A stretch of 41,966 nucleotides of DNA from a virus (IMGVR_UViG_3300043394_000327:1-41966), one strand, 5' to 3'; positions 1-8,833 are shown, numbered from the stretch's first letter. Notes: generated by a model from the sequence alone, not told the origin. Program-made: numbers and translations.

Positions 1-164
1 ACAATTTTTTCATAAAAATCATCTGGAATAACTTTACGTCCATTTTCAATATTAGATAAATAAGATAATGAAAGACCAAGATTATTAGCCATGTCGTATA
101 GGCGTTCACCTTTTGTAATACGCATAATTTGAAGGTATTCAGATATATTTTTACATTTTGACAT
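1..164 (-). CDS. XRE-family helix-turn-helix transcriptional regulator (3' end runs off the window)
   Basis: Not in the ORF track. Manual translation from ATG at 164 gives MSKCKNISEYLQIMRITKGERLYDMANNLGLSLSYLSNIENGRKVIPDDFYEKI, a typical XRE pattern (MA..LG.S.SYLS.IENG). AGGAG RBS upstream. Confidence 0.85.
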   Translation of the reverse strand, partial: MSKCKNISEYLQIMRITKGERLYDMANNLGLSLSYLSNIENGRKVIPDDFYEKI

Positions 165-320
165 TTTACCAACTCCTAAAGTTTCGGCTTGAGACGGACG
201 TAATTATTAGCAGTTTATTCTGTATTAGAATAAATTAAATCTATTACTTTTATGATAAAGCTAATTACCTTAAAAATAATATTTAAATAGATATTTTATT
301 ATATGTGTGGTTTGGCATGA

Positions 321-740
321 TTAACTTTCTTTTTTTAACTCATCATTTAATAAAAGAAAACGTATATCAATACATAATTGTGCAGAATCTAAGTAACTTA
401 TGTCATTAGAAGTATCACAAATAAAAAATATTAAATTATATTGATTTGTAGATAATTGTGTTTCTTTATCTAAAAAATCTCTAAGTATCTTAGAATTAAA
501 CTTATTAGATAGCAAAGATAACTGTTTTTCTTTAGATAAACTGAAAAACTTATCAACGTAGTGTTTTGCTTTACTTAAATCATCAATACCATTTTTATTT
601 TTACATCTGTAAATATATTTAACAGCATTAGCTAGAAAAAAGTTTAACTCAGTATCAGCAAATAAATCCCATAATTGATATTTATCTGTTGTTTGATAAT
701 GAGTTCCTGCGACTTGATAGTTATTTGGTTCTTGGTTCAT
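321..740 (-). CDS. DUF3310/SaV-like protein (family includes T7 gp1.7-like nucleotide kinases)
   Basis: QVAGTHY ... FFLANAVKYIYRCKNKNGIDDLSKAKHY motif set. Confidence 0.8.
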   Translation of the reverse strand: MNQEPNNYQVAGTHYQTTDKYQLWDLFADTELNFFLANAVKYIYRCKNKNGIDDLSKAKHYVDKFFSLSKEKQLSLLSNKFNSKILRDFLDKETQLSTNQYNLIFFICDTSNDISYLDSAQLCIDIRFLLLNDELKKES

Positions 741-743
741 ATA

Positions 744-1064
744 TTATCTTTCTTCTTTTGGCGTTTCTTTTTTAACTAAATTATTAGCATTTTTTAACCA
801 AACATCATTCTTAAATGAATAGATTATATCATCTTGTATTGCTTTAATCGTAGCATCAGATAATCCGTCTTTAATCATAAATTCTTCACAGATTTCATCG
901 TTAGATTGATTAATGTTTTTAATAGTAATCAATATACCACTGCCCATATATTTATCTTTTGTTGTTTTTTTAATATTTGTATACGCTTGTACTAATCTAT
1001 GTAATGAACCAGCTAAGGACTGTTCTAAATCTTTTTTGATATTTCTTTTAATAGGTTTTTTCAT
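744..1064 (-). CDS. hypothetical phage protein
   Basis: ORF tightly packed in the minus-strand operon. Confidence 0.6.
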   Translation of the reverse strand: MKKPIKRNIKKDLEQSLAGSLHRLVQAYTNIKKTTKDKYMGSGILITIKNINQSNDEICEEFMIKDGLSDATIKAIQDDIIYSFKNDVWLKNANNLVKKETPKEER

Positions 1065-1066
1065 AA

Positions 1067-1666
1067 TTAACTTTTTACTATTTCAAATCTATTTAATATA
1101 TCTTTTAAAAACAAATCTTTATTAAAATCATACTCAGGTAATAAATATTCATCTCGTTTTTTACTATAATACTTATGGTCATCATCATTATTATCATTAC
1201 CATAAGCTGCTTTTGTTTTTTTATTAAATGTGTTCCCATCTGTAGGAATATATAGATTATTTTTATTATTTTGATCTACATAAACAATAAAATTAACAGG
1301 AAATTCTCCATCTCCCCCCATATAACCTGTAATAAAACATAAATCATTATTAATGTACACACAATTATCTAATATTTCTTGCTCAGTAAGATTATCATCA
1401 ACTATTAAAAATTGACCATATTCAGGTTCTTTATTAAGATTAGTTAAACCACTATTTTCACTATCTACATCTATTTTAATTGTATTTTTTTCTATAGCAA
1501 TTTTTAAAACTATTTCTAATTTTTCTTCAAGAGATAAATTTTGAAATTCTATTTTATCTTCGTAAACAATATCTTCAAACTCTTCATCAGATAATTTTAA
1601 AATATTATTAAATAAATTTTCTAAAAACTCTTGTTTATTATTAAATTTTTTCATTTTTCTTTTCAT
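1067..1666 (-). CDS. hypothetical protein, apparent paralog of the split gene at 12566-13160
   Basis: 199 aa. Shares the F/Y-IVY.D..K..YIP...N motif and an N-terminal (E/Q)F...L(F/Y)..I helix with the reconstructed 12566-13160 protein. Confidence 0.65.
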   Translation of the reverse strand: MKRKMKKFNNKQEFLENLFNNILKLSDEEFEDIVYEDKIEFQNLSLEEKLEIVLKIAIEKNTIKIDVDSENSGLTNLNKEPEYGQFLIVDDNLTEQEILDNCVYINNDLCFITGYMGGDGEFPVNFIVYVDQNNKNNLYIPTDGNTFNKKTKAAYGNDNNDDDHKYYSKKRDEYLLPEYDFNKDLFLKDILNRFEIVKS

Positions 1667-1668
1667 AA

Positions 1669-1845
1669 TTAATACTCAAAATCTGGAATATCTTGGTATA
1701 CTGAATTATACCTAGTTTTTAATAATTTTTGTATTTGTCTAAATACAACTCTAATTTCTTCAATAGGCTTTAAATAATCATTCATTCCTATGTGATTAAT
1801 GGTTGTTTCGGCAATAAGATGTACTTTTGGTTTAACAAGTTCCAT
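1669..1845 (-). pseudogene. 58-aa ORF resembling the fused N- and C-termini of a flavin-dependent thymidylate synthase (ThyX) lacking the catalytic core
   Basis: MELVKPKVHLIAETTINHIGMNDYLKPIEEIRVVFRQIQKLLKTRYNSVYQDIPDFEY. It fills the gap between flanking genes exactly. P.V.LIA and EEIR.VF motifs are recalled from ThyX termini; no RHR motif. Confidence 0.5.
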
Positions 1846-1847
1846 AA

Positions 1848-2123
1848 TTACACACTTCCTAATAACTCTGTTAATTTAATTTTAATTAATTCTTCTGGTA
1901 CTTCTTCTTTTACTAAAGGTAAACTAGGTAATTTCTGCCATTCACCAAAATTATATCCTTGTGTGTTTACTTTAGAACTATCTTTCATTAGATAAGGTAA
2001 CACATAAATTCCAGTATCTGTTTGAACCACAATAGCATAATTTGACATTGTTAAATTAAGTGCTTTAGTTTCTTTACTATTTTCTAGTAGACCTAATATT
2101 TTGTCTTGTAATGTACTAGTCAT
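1848..2123 (-). CDS. hypothetical protein
   Basis: 91-aa ORF in operon context. Confidence 0.6.
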   Translation of the reverse strand: MTSTLQDKILGLLENSKETKALNLTMSNYAIVVQTDTGIYVLPYLMKDSSKVNTQGYNFGEWQKLPSLPLVKEEVPEELIKIKLTELLGSV

Positions 2124-2129
2124 ATATTT

Positions 2130-2384
2130 CTATAACCTTCCTTTATATTGTTCTTTACATTGATTATGTTTTATAATTTCATTATACATTTTTATTAATT
2201 CATTAAATTTTTCAATAGGTATAAACATTTCTATATAATTTGCTGCATTAGACTCTTTCAAATATACATTATTATTTTCAACACCTAATGTAAAATCTTC
2301 TATAACACCTTTAATGTCTTTATCGTTAAATTCTTTAATAATAATATCTGTAGGTTTTACAAAAATATAATTTATATTATTCAT
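2130..2384 (-). CDS. hypothetical protein
   Basis: 84-aa ORF in operon context. Confidence 0.6.
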   Translation of the reverse strand: MNNINYIFVKPTDIIIKEFNDKDIKGVIEDFTLGVENNNVYLKESNAANYIEMFIPIEKFNELIKMYNEIIKHNQCKEQYKGRL

Positions 2385-2390
2385 TTATTT

Positions 2391-2624
2391 TTACTCTTCA
2401 TCATAAGTTGTTTGAAATTGGGAATCATCTTGTAAGATGTTTTCTAAATCTTCAACTGTTTCAATAGAGTCTTGGTATGTAAGTAACACACTTAAAACAA
2501 TAGGTCTTTCTACATCATCATATTTTTCTAAAATTTCTTCATGTGTAATAATACTGCCAATGTATTTTTCTTTAGGGTCATAGTTTTTTTGCAATATTTG
2601 TATTAGTTCTTTGATTGTTTTCAT
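2391..2624 (-). CDS. hypothetical acidic protein
   Basis: 77-aa ORF with AAGG RBS upstream. Confidence 0.6.
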   Translation of the reverse strand: MKTIKELIQILQKNYDPKEKYIGSIITHEEILEKYDDVERPIVLSVLLTYQDSIETVEDLENILQDDSQFQTTYDEE

Positions 2625-2647
2625 ATTATACCTTTTTTTTTAAAATA

Positions 2648-2673
2648 TGTACTGTGTAATAAAACACAGTACA
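2648..2673 (-). terminator. perfect 10-bp stem-loop, probable terminator
   Basis: TGTACTGTGT-AATAAA-ACACAGTACA immediately downstream of the 2689-2914 gene. Confidence 0.6.
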
Positions 2674-2688
2674 ATTATTTAAAATGTG

Positions 2689-2914
2689 TTAAGCCAATTT
2701 TTTTAACTTATTACTTTGTTCTTTAGTAACTCTATCTAGTAAATCCTCTGGTAAAAATATTCCAGAAATTAAGAACCAAAATAGAAATGAATCTAGTAAA
2801 CTAATAAGATTAAATTTTTAATATAGATAAGATTAGTGCTATTGCACTAATCCATGTAGATGTTTCAGTTATTCTTAACATAAACTGTCTAAATATATAC
2901 TTTAAGCTATTCAT
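2689..2914 (-). pseudogene. two-TM holin-like membrane protein interrupted by a +1 frameshift
   Basis: Removing one base of the T5 run at 2815-2819 gives a 74-aa ORF MNSLKYIFRQFMLRITETSTWISAIALILSILKFNLISLLDSFLFWFLISGIFLPEDLLDRVTKEQSNKLKKLA. R..E.STW motif followed by hydrophobic helices. Confidence 0.6.
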
Positions 2915-2916
2915 TA

Positions 2917-3448
2917 TTATGCTCTAAGTGCAAGCATATATTCTTGAATTGTATCATTAGCATATTTTAGTTCTGTTTCAAAAGACCATTCATTATTTGT
3001 TTTTTACAAGTGAACCAAACACTAAAGTTTTACCTGTTCCTGTTACTGGTTCAGTAGTTTTAGCAATAATACGTCCTGAAGCTACATCTTTAATTTGAAT
3101 AAATTCACCTTCGACTTCATCAAAATTTTCACCTGAAAAAGATCCAAGTGTAAATGTAATTTTATTAACTTCAGTAGGTACTTTAGATAAATCAATTTCA
3201 ATAAATTCATCAATTCCTTGTCCTTTGCCTGAACGATTATCAGGTCCTGCTACGATTGATCCATTAAGAGGATCTTTTCCTCCAAAATAAGCAATAGCTT
3301 TAGTATTAGTATGTGCAATAAGATCAAGATCAATATTTACATCATTTTTAAAATCCCAACCTGCTCCTACTTGTAATTTAGTAGCCAGTGGTTCATTTTT
3401 TGTTAGATTTAGTGGTTCATTTTTTGTTAAAATTAATATGTCAGACAT
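2917..3448 (-). CDS. terD: TerD-family (tellurite/stress) protein with C-terminus in a shifted frame
   Basis: GAGWD..DLDL, DNRSGKG.G.DE.I.IDL.KVP motifs. The ORF stops at 2993, but deleting one base of the T6 run at 3000-3005 restores LVFGSLVKTNNEWSFETELKYANDTIQEYMLALRA, with the typical TerD EW.F strand. Confidence 0.85.
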
Positions 3449-3488
3449 ATTTTTTCTTTATTGAATTGTTAAAGTGTTACTTAGTCTA

Positions 3489-3529
3489 TAAGCAACACAA
3501 AAAATACACAATACTCTTTGTGTTGCTTA
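3489..3529 (-). terminator. 12-bp inverted repeat, probable terminator
   Basis: TAAGCAACACAA...TTGTGTTGCTTA, intergenic. Confidence 0.5.
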
Positions 3530-3545
3530 CATTTTATTACCTAAT

Positions 3546-3776
3546 TTATTCAAGCTCTAGTTCATAAAAAACATCTTGAAGCTGATTCATTAGCATTTCG
3601 GAAGTTGTATTAAAACCAATTTCTTTATTGATAAAATCTTCAAGATTGATTTTTTCTTTTTGTCCTAAGTTTTCTGAATAACCTTTTGATTTTATTCGTT
3701 TTTGTAATTTTATTTTTAAATTTTTAATTTTATTTTTAACTGTAGTAATTGTATTTTCTGAAACATTACTGAACAT
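3546..3776 (-). CDS. hypothetical protein
   Basis: 76-aa ORF whose start overlaps the RuvC stop codon. Confidence 0.6.
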   Translation of the reverse strand: MFSNVSENTITTVKNKIKNLKIKLQKRIKSKGYSENLGQKEKINLEDFINKEIGFNTTSEMLMNQLQDVFYELELE

Positions 3777-4246
3777 TACTTAACTCCATATAGTACATAA
3801 TCTAAGATAGCTAAAGCATCAGCCTCATTATCATCTTTAGGATTGAATCCTTTTTCTTTAATAGCATCAATAACCATTTGTTTATTTGCGTTACCTTTAC
3901 CTGTTATATGTTTTTTAATAGTTCCGACTGGAACTCCTTGATAAGGAATTTTATTATCTTCACAGAATATCTGTAAAGTAGCTAAAAATCCTCCATAGGT
4001 ATGTGCAACAGCAGTTTGGTTATGAATACCATGTCTTACTACTTCTTCGTACCAAATTTCAGATATTGAACCAGTAGAATTAATATTTATTAACCATTTT
4101 TGAAAGTTATAAAATCTCATTCCTCCGCCAGTAAATCTAGTATCTTTAAATGATTGAGTACCAGATATTATTTGTGATTGAGATTTTATTGCATATCCCA
4201 TTTGAGTACCAAGATCCAAGCATAGTATATTTTTATTTTGGTTCAT
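3776..4246 (-). CDS. ruvC: RuvC-like Holliday junction resolvase (phage type)
   Basis: ILCLDLG, YEEV, TIKKHITGKGNANK, DDNEADALAIL catalytic motifs. Confidence 0.9.
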   Translation of the reverse strand: MNQNKNILCLDLGTQMGYAIKSQSQIISGTQSFKDTRFTGGGMRFYNFQKWLININSTGSISEIWYEEVVRHGIHNQTAVAHTYGGFLATLQIFCEDNKIPYQGVPVGTIKKHITGKGNANKQMVIDAIKEKGFNPKDDNEADALAILDYVLYGVK

Positions 4247-4451
4247 TGTTAAATTTCTTTCTTTTTAATGCACATAAAATAAGAATGTTTTTCTTAATTG
4301 ATTTTAAAAATTTAATACATTCTTTTTTAGCAACAATATCTTTTTCATCTTTATTTAAAAATTCCATTTGTTTATTTAGTTCTCTGCATAGTTCAAGTTC
4401 TGTTATGTTTACATAACTAAGTATAAGTTTTTTAGTTTCAGTTTTATTCAT
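4233..4451 (-). CDS. hypothetical protein
   Basis: 72-aa ORF overlapping the RuvC start. Confidence 0.5.
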   Translation of the reverse strand: MNKTETKKLILSYVNITELELCRELNKQMEFLNKDEKDIVAKKECIKFLKSIKKNILILCALKRKKFNNEPK

Positions 4452-4472
4452 TGTAAGCTCAATAGTTTATAT

Positions 4473-4499
4473 AAAAAAACCAGTAAATTAATACTGGTT
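4473..4499 (-). terminator. rho-independent terminator
   Basis: AACCAGTA-AATTAA-TACTGGTT stem followed by a U-tract on the minus strand. Confidence 0.75.
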
Positions 4500-4517
4500 C
4501 AATCTTAGGGAGGAAAA

Positions 4518-4850
4518 TTATTCTAAATTTTCTCTAAGCAATAGTAGAGATGCTTCGATGTTATCTAGTAAAACTTGATAAAGTTTTTTATTATAACTTT
4601 TTAATACATCATTATTAACTAATAATCCTGCTTGACCTTTTTTACGATTTACTGCAAATTCTAAAACTGTATCAAATTCTTTTGTAGCTTCTTCATCAAT
4701 TTTAGTTTCTTTTTTATTTACACCAAGTGCTTCTTCAATATATTGTTTAATCAAATCTTCAATATGTTTATTTTTATCTACTGACATATAGTAATTATCC
4801 TTTAAATTTAGACTCATTAAGTCCTTTGTTGTTGTTATAATGTCCTTCAT
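4518..4850 (-). CDS. hypothetical protein
   Basis: 110-aa ORF downstream of dcd, ending before the terminator. Confidence 0.6.
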   Translation of the reverse strand: MKDIITTTKDLMSLNLKDNYYMSVDKNKHIEDLIKQYIEEALGVNKKETKIDEEATKEFDTVLEFAVNRKKGQAGLLVNNDVLKSYNKKLYQVLLDNIEASLLLLRENLE

Positions 4851-5361
4851 AAGATTTTGTTAATTTATATAAAGGTTTTATCGGTATCACCTGTGCTATA
4901 GGTGAATTATTAAGAAGTTTGATAACTTTCCAACTATCATTTCTTAATTCTATTGTTAAGTAGTTATTAAATCCTGGATCAATAAATGTTGTTTGTGAAG
5001 CATCAACAAATAATCTAGCTACTGAACTCTTATTGAAAACCAATAACATAATATTATTAGGTACTTTAAAATACTCTACAGATCTAACTAGTCCAGTTTT
5101 AGCGTATATTCCTGTATATCTTGAACCAGTAAACATTAAAAACTTTAATAACTTATGCACCCAGTATCTTGGATCAAATACACTAGGATATAAATATACA
5201 TCTTCATAGAGTGAAATATCATAAGATATTTCATTATCTCCTCCAGTTAAATTATTTTCATGTGTGTATTTTTCTTTATAATGGTAAGGAAATATTTTAT
5301 TCCACAAATTTTTATAATTCATTATCAATACTCGTACATAAATAATATTCGTAAAGTTCAT
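4795..5361 (-). CDS. dcd: dCTP deaminase (N4 gp26-like); true start may be the Met at 5322
   Basis: SYDI, E.F.VP, NKSSVAR, TFIDPGF..YLTIEL, PIAQV, YEGHY motifs; same position as in N4-like phages. Confidence 0.85.
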   Translation of the reverse strand: MNFTNIIYVRVLIMNYKNLWNKIFPYHYKEKYTHENNLTGGDNEISYDISLYEDVYLYPSVFDPRYWVHKLLKFLMFTGSRYTGIYAKTGLVRSVEYFKVPNNIMLLVFNKSSVARLFVDASQTTFIDPGFNNYLTIELRNDSWKVIKLLNNSPIAQVIPIKPLYKLTKSYEGHYNNNKGLNESKFKG

Positions 5362-5629
5362 TAGTGTATTTATGAGATAATACTAAATATATAGAGTTTA
5401 GTAAAATTTTTAATTCTATAAAGTCTATTCTATAACTAGATAAGTCAGTCATTATAGTAAAATATTCACTATGTAGTTTTAAATTAACACTTTCTAAATC
5501 ATTTTGTGTTATTAAATTTCTATATTTTTCTAAATATTTATCAAACTCTAACGTAGCATTTTTATTAAGATCTAAAATAATAAGTGGAGGAATTTCCTCA
5601 TCAGTCATTTGTGATTTAAATTTTAACAT
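5312..5629 (-). CDS. hypothetical protein
   Basis: 105-aa ORF in operon. Confidence 0.55.
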   Translation of the reverse strand: MLKFKSQMTDEEIPPLIILDLNKNATLEFDKYLEKYRNLITQNDLESVNLKLHSEYFTIMTDLSSYRIDFIELKILLNSIYLVLSHKYTNELYEYYLCTSIDNEL

Positions 5630-5899
5630 TTAATTTACCTTATTTTCAAAATCTTTATGATTAATTAGTTTTTTTAATTCTTCAAACATTTGAGGAGTAT
5701 CTTCAAATATTTTATTTAATAAAGCTCCTAAAGCATGATAGTATTCTGGAGATAATTCTTCTGGTGTTGATACGTAAAACTGGTTTTCATGTATAAATAC
5801 AGCAATTACAGGTTCTGCCATAATGTGTTGTGGCTCATCGTTTGTATCTTGTGGTGTTTCATTATTATTCATATTTTCCTGCATTGTAACCTCTTCCAA
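5630..5899 (-). CDS. hypothetical acidic protein
   Basis: 89-aa ORF; likely starts at the internal Met after GAGG. Confidence 0.55.
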   Translation of the reverse strand: MEEVTMQENMNNNETPQDTNDEPQHIMAEPVIAVFIHENQFYVSTPEELSPEYYHALGALLNKIFEDTPQMFEELKKLINHKDFENKVN

Positions 5900-6107
5900 A
5901 AATAGATTTTTTTAACATTTCTTCAATAGAAACTAAATTATTTAAGATAACATCTTTATCTTTAGTAGGTATATTTATATAATCTGATATAATTATGTTT
6001 TTTGAGTTTACCTGGTCAATAAGAAGAATTAGATTTGTAATATTTTCTTTTATATTTTTTAATAGAGTATCTCTATACTCGTTTAAAATGTTTGTCAAAT
6101 TATTCAT
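5865..6107 (-). CDS. hypothetical protein
   Basis: 80-aa ORF overlapping the upstream stop codon. Confidence 0.5.
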   Translation of the reverse strand: MNNLTNILNEYRDTLLKNIKENITNLILLIDQVNSKNIIISDYINIPTKDKDVILNNLVSIEEMLKKSIFGRGYNAGKYE

Positions 6108-7206
6108 AGTTTTTACTTTCTATATTTATAGTTGTTCCGTAGTTTGGAATCAATCCTGATTTTCCTATTCTTAACCAAATTATATTATGATTGCAAGGAG
6201 GAATATAACCTACCTCTAAATCACTTAAAATTACGCTACAGATAGGTTTAGTTTTATTTATATCATCTATTACAGGTATAAGACAAGTTCCTCCTCTACC
6301 AATAATATTTAGTTGTTTATACTCAATAAACTCATCAATAGATACTCTGTTTGTAATTCTAGTATCAAACTGAATAATGTTTAAATTTTTAGGCTTTAAT
6401 GTATCTTTAATACTCTTTAATTCAGTATTAAAAATAATTAACTCTGCTTTAGATATTGAAGCAGATGTGTCCATATAAAAAGATAGATCCAATAGACCTT
6501 CTTCTTTACTATATGTAGGAAGAATTAACTCATTATATCTTCTGTTTTGTCTTCTAAATGATCTTTTTGGTTCAATTAATGCAGATAAATAATTTTGTAG
6601 AATATATCTCCAATGTAATTTAGGTTTTGTAAATTTATTTAATAATTCTTCTATTTCAGGAATAGATTCATTCATATATGATTTAACTGATTCTATCTTA
6701 CTAATTATTTCAGTTTTTGATGTAGAATCGTTTGGATCAGTATATTTAAGATCATTTCCTAAAATATTCTTACTTAGATTAGGAATCTGCTGACTATTTT
6801 GAATTAGATCGTCATAGATCTGTTCAGTTGTCCAACCTATATACTTTCTATCATGTAATGGCTTAATATTATCAAATTTTAATACAGAACCTCCGTAAAT
6901 TAATATATTATTTATAGCAAAATCCCCTGCAATGTTAAATATTTCAGGGTCTCTATTACCTAATCTAATTGGGTGCAAAAAAGCTATATGATATAATTCA
7001 TGGGCTAAAACAAAGAATTTATCATTTTCTGTTAAACTGTTATAGAAATCAATTCCCCAGTTAATAATTTTACCGTCTGTATTAGCTGTTTGTAAGTCTT
7101 TTTTAAAACAGACATCTGTGGAGCAAAGAATTGCTCCAAGAAATCCAAAATTCTTTGTAATAAAAAACTTTGTTTTTATTTTATTAAAATCAGCTTCTGG
7201 AATCAT
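6100..7206 (-). CDS. DUF2201-type metallopeptidase plus vWA domain protein (N4 gp25-like)
   Basis: TANTDG, HELYH (HExxH), FNIAGDFAIN, MIDAS-like DTSASIS, GRGGT, LSD; adjacent to the MoxR ATPase. Confidence 0.9.
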   Translation of the reverse strand: MIPEADFNKIKTKFFITKNFGFLGAILCSTDVCFKKDLQTANTDGKIINWGIDFYNSLTENDKFFVLAHELYHIAFLHPIRLGNRDPEIFNIAGDFAINNILIYGGSVLKFDNIKPLHDRKYIGWTTEQIYDDLIQNSQQIPNLSKNILGNDLKYTDPNDSTSKTEIISKIESVKSYMNESIPEIEELLNKFTKPKLHWRYILQNYLSALIEPKRSFRRQNRRYNELILPTYSKEEGLLDLSFYMDTSASISKAELIIFNTELKSIKDTLKPKNLNIIQFDTRITNRVSIDEFIEYKQLNIIGRGGTCLIPVIDDINKTKPICSVILSDLEVGYIPPCNHNIIWLRIGKSGLIPNYGTTINIESKNYE

Positions 7207-8216
7207 GATTGTAAATCTATATATAATTCTTTAATATTTTTAAATTTTGGTTCTTCAAGTCTTGTTATTAAAGAATTAAATTTACTTGCAATTTTCTTTA
7301 AGAATAGTGCTTTAAACTCACCAGGAAACTTATCAATAAAATAAGCCACATTATCAAGAGTATCTTCTGTAAGTTCTTCAATAATATGCTGAACAATAGC
7401 GTATTTTTTAGCAGATTCATTAGGTATTTCAATATATTCTTTATTGATTATTTGTTGTATCGTAGGTAAATCAAAAAATAAATTAGTAAAAGTAAAAAAG
7501 TCATACATAACTGATTCACCAACAGTACCTGAAATAAGATACTGATAGTTATTTAAATTAGGTAAATTTTTAATAATTTTACTTAACATAATCCACGTTC
7601 TTGGAGAGCTATAAGTCAAATCTTTTGAGTTAGGATCAAAATTTATTAACATATTTTTCTTATAATCAATAAAAGCAATAATTCTTTTATCAATTCCTAT
7701 TGATTGAGCGTATTCTAACCATTCTTCTGGACTAACATCTAATTCAATATGAATTAATCGAGATTTCATAGGAGCAGACATTGGATTACTAAAAGCATTA
7801 TCTTGTTGTCTATTGCCTGCACAAACAATATAACATTTATTATGAATATTTTTATTACCTATTTGACGATCCAAGATTAGTTTATATAGTCCTGCTTGCA
7901 TTTCTTTTGATGCTTTATCGAACTCATCAATAAAAAGCAGGAATCCTTTAGTACCTTCTTCTATTGGATCTCCTTCAAGAGGAAATACATTAAAAGGTAC
8001 ATATTCTGATTTATTATCTTTTATTCTAGCAAATCCTGATAAATCCTCACATAACATTGTTGTTGGTCTAATATCAATTAATTTTAAGTTATGTTTAGTA
8101 GCAATTTCTCTTGCTAAATCTGATTTACCAATTCCTCCTGCACCTACAATGTAAGGAACTAACTTATTTTTTAATAAGTTAGGAATTACTTCTAATATTT
8201 CTTTTCTTTTAGCCAT
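7203..8216 (-). CDS. MoxR-like AAA+ ATPase (N4 gp24-like)
   Basis: Walker A GAGGIGKS, Walker B LFIDE, CAGNR, SPRTW. Confidence 0.9.
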   Translation of the reverse strand: MAKRKEILEVIPNLLKNKLVPYIVGAGGIGKSDLAREIATKHNLKLIDIRPTTMLCEDLSGFARIKDNKSEYVPFNVFPLEGDPIEEGTKGFLLFIDEFDKASKEMQAGLYKLILDRQIGNKNIHNKCYIVCAGNRQQDNAFSNPMSAPMKSRLIHIELDVSPEEWLEYAQSIGIDKRIIAFIDYKKNMLINFDPNSKDLTYSSPRTWIMLSKIIKNLPNLNNYQYLISGTVGESVMYDFFTFTNLFFDLPTIQQIINKEYIEIPNESAKKYAIVQHIIEELTEDTLDNVAYFIDKFPGEFKALFLKKIASKFNSLITRLEEPKFKNIKELYIDLQS

Positions 8217-8431
8217 TAATCTACCTCTAATGTTGTAAAACTTGTTTTAAAAGTTTCTGAGTTTATTACCTCATGTTCTTCTTTTATTAGGATTTTAACG
8301 CAATCAATATATGCGTTTAAATCATGTTCTTTAATTTTTTTAAGTGCTTTTTTTCTAGCTTCTTTTAAAGATCTTGCTTTAACTTCAACTATTATTGATC
8401 CTAAACATATTAATTCTATTTCGTATTTCAT
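8216..8431 (-). CDS. small hypothetical protein
   Basis: VEVKARSLKEARKKA pattern, common in small phage proteins. Confidence 0.6.
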   Translation of the reverse strand: MKYEIELICLGSIIVEVKARSLKEARKKALKKIKEHDLNAYIDCVKILIKEEHEVINSETFKTSFTTLEVD

Positions 8432-8437
8432 AAATAC

Positions 8438-8713
8438 CTATATTATTTTGTAAAATAAGTGTGAATCTATACAGTTTAATTGTGTAAACTTTTGTGAAAC
8501 AACTTCGCAGTCAATAACATTTAATTCATATTTATTTAAAAATTTAAATAACTTTTCTTTTATTTTTTTAATTAAAGAACCTGTTATTACTTTTAAAGAT
8601 AGTTGTTTAATAGTATTTTTATTTGGGTCAATAAATCTTTCATATCTGAAATCATACTGAAATTCTTTTATATTACCATTCTTATCTACTGCTGTTAAAA
8701 CTATTTTGTTCAT
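8438..8713 (-). CDS. hypothetical protein (start corrected to MNKIV at 8713)
   Basis: AAGGA RBS precedes the ATG at 8713; the longer ORF-track start reads through a terminator. Confidence 0.6.
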   Translation of the reverse strand: MNKIVLTAVDKNGNIKEFQYDFRYERFIDPNKNTIKQLSLKVITGSLIKKIKEKLFKFLNKYELNVIDCEVVSQKFTQLNCIDSHLFYKII

Positions 8714-8744
8714 AGTATATTCCTTATAATTGATTAATAATAAT

Positions 8745-8780
8745 AAAAAAAAAAAAAGTACATAAATTAATATGTACTTT
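8745..8780 (-). terminator. rho-independent terminator
   Basis: AAAGTACATA-AATTAA-TATGTACTTT with a 13-nt U-tract on the minus strand. Confidence 0.8.
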
Positions 8781-8833
8781 GCGATTAAAAAGTTTTGTAT
8801 TAAACCAAAAACCAAAAACAACAATAATTATAA

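Noticed and set aside
2831-2852. Perfect hairpin GATTAGTGC-TATT-GCACTAATC as a terminator
   Set aside because: Lies inside the reconstructed coding sequence of the holin-like gene and lacks a U-tract; function not supportable
8714-8824. Hydrophobic N-terminal extension of ORF 8438-8824
   Set aside because: Derived from a terminator hairpin and poly-T tract; a good RBS precedes the ATG at 8713
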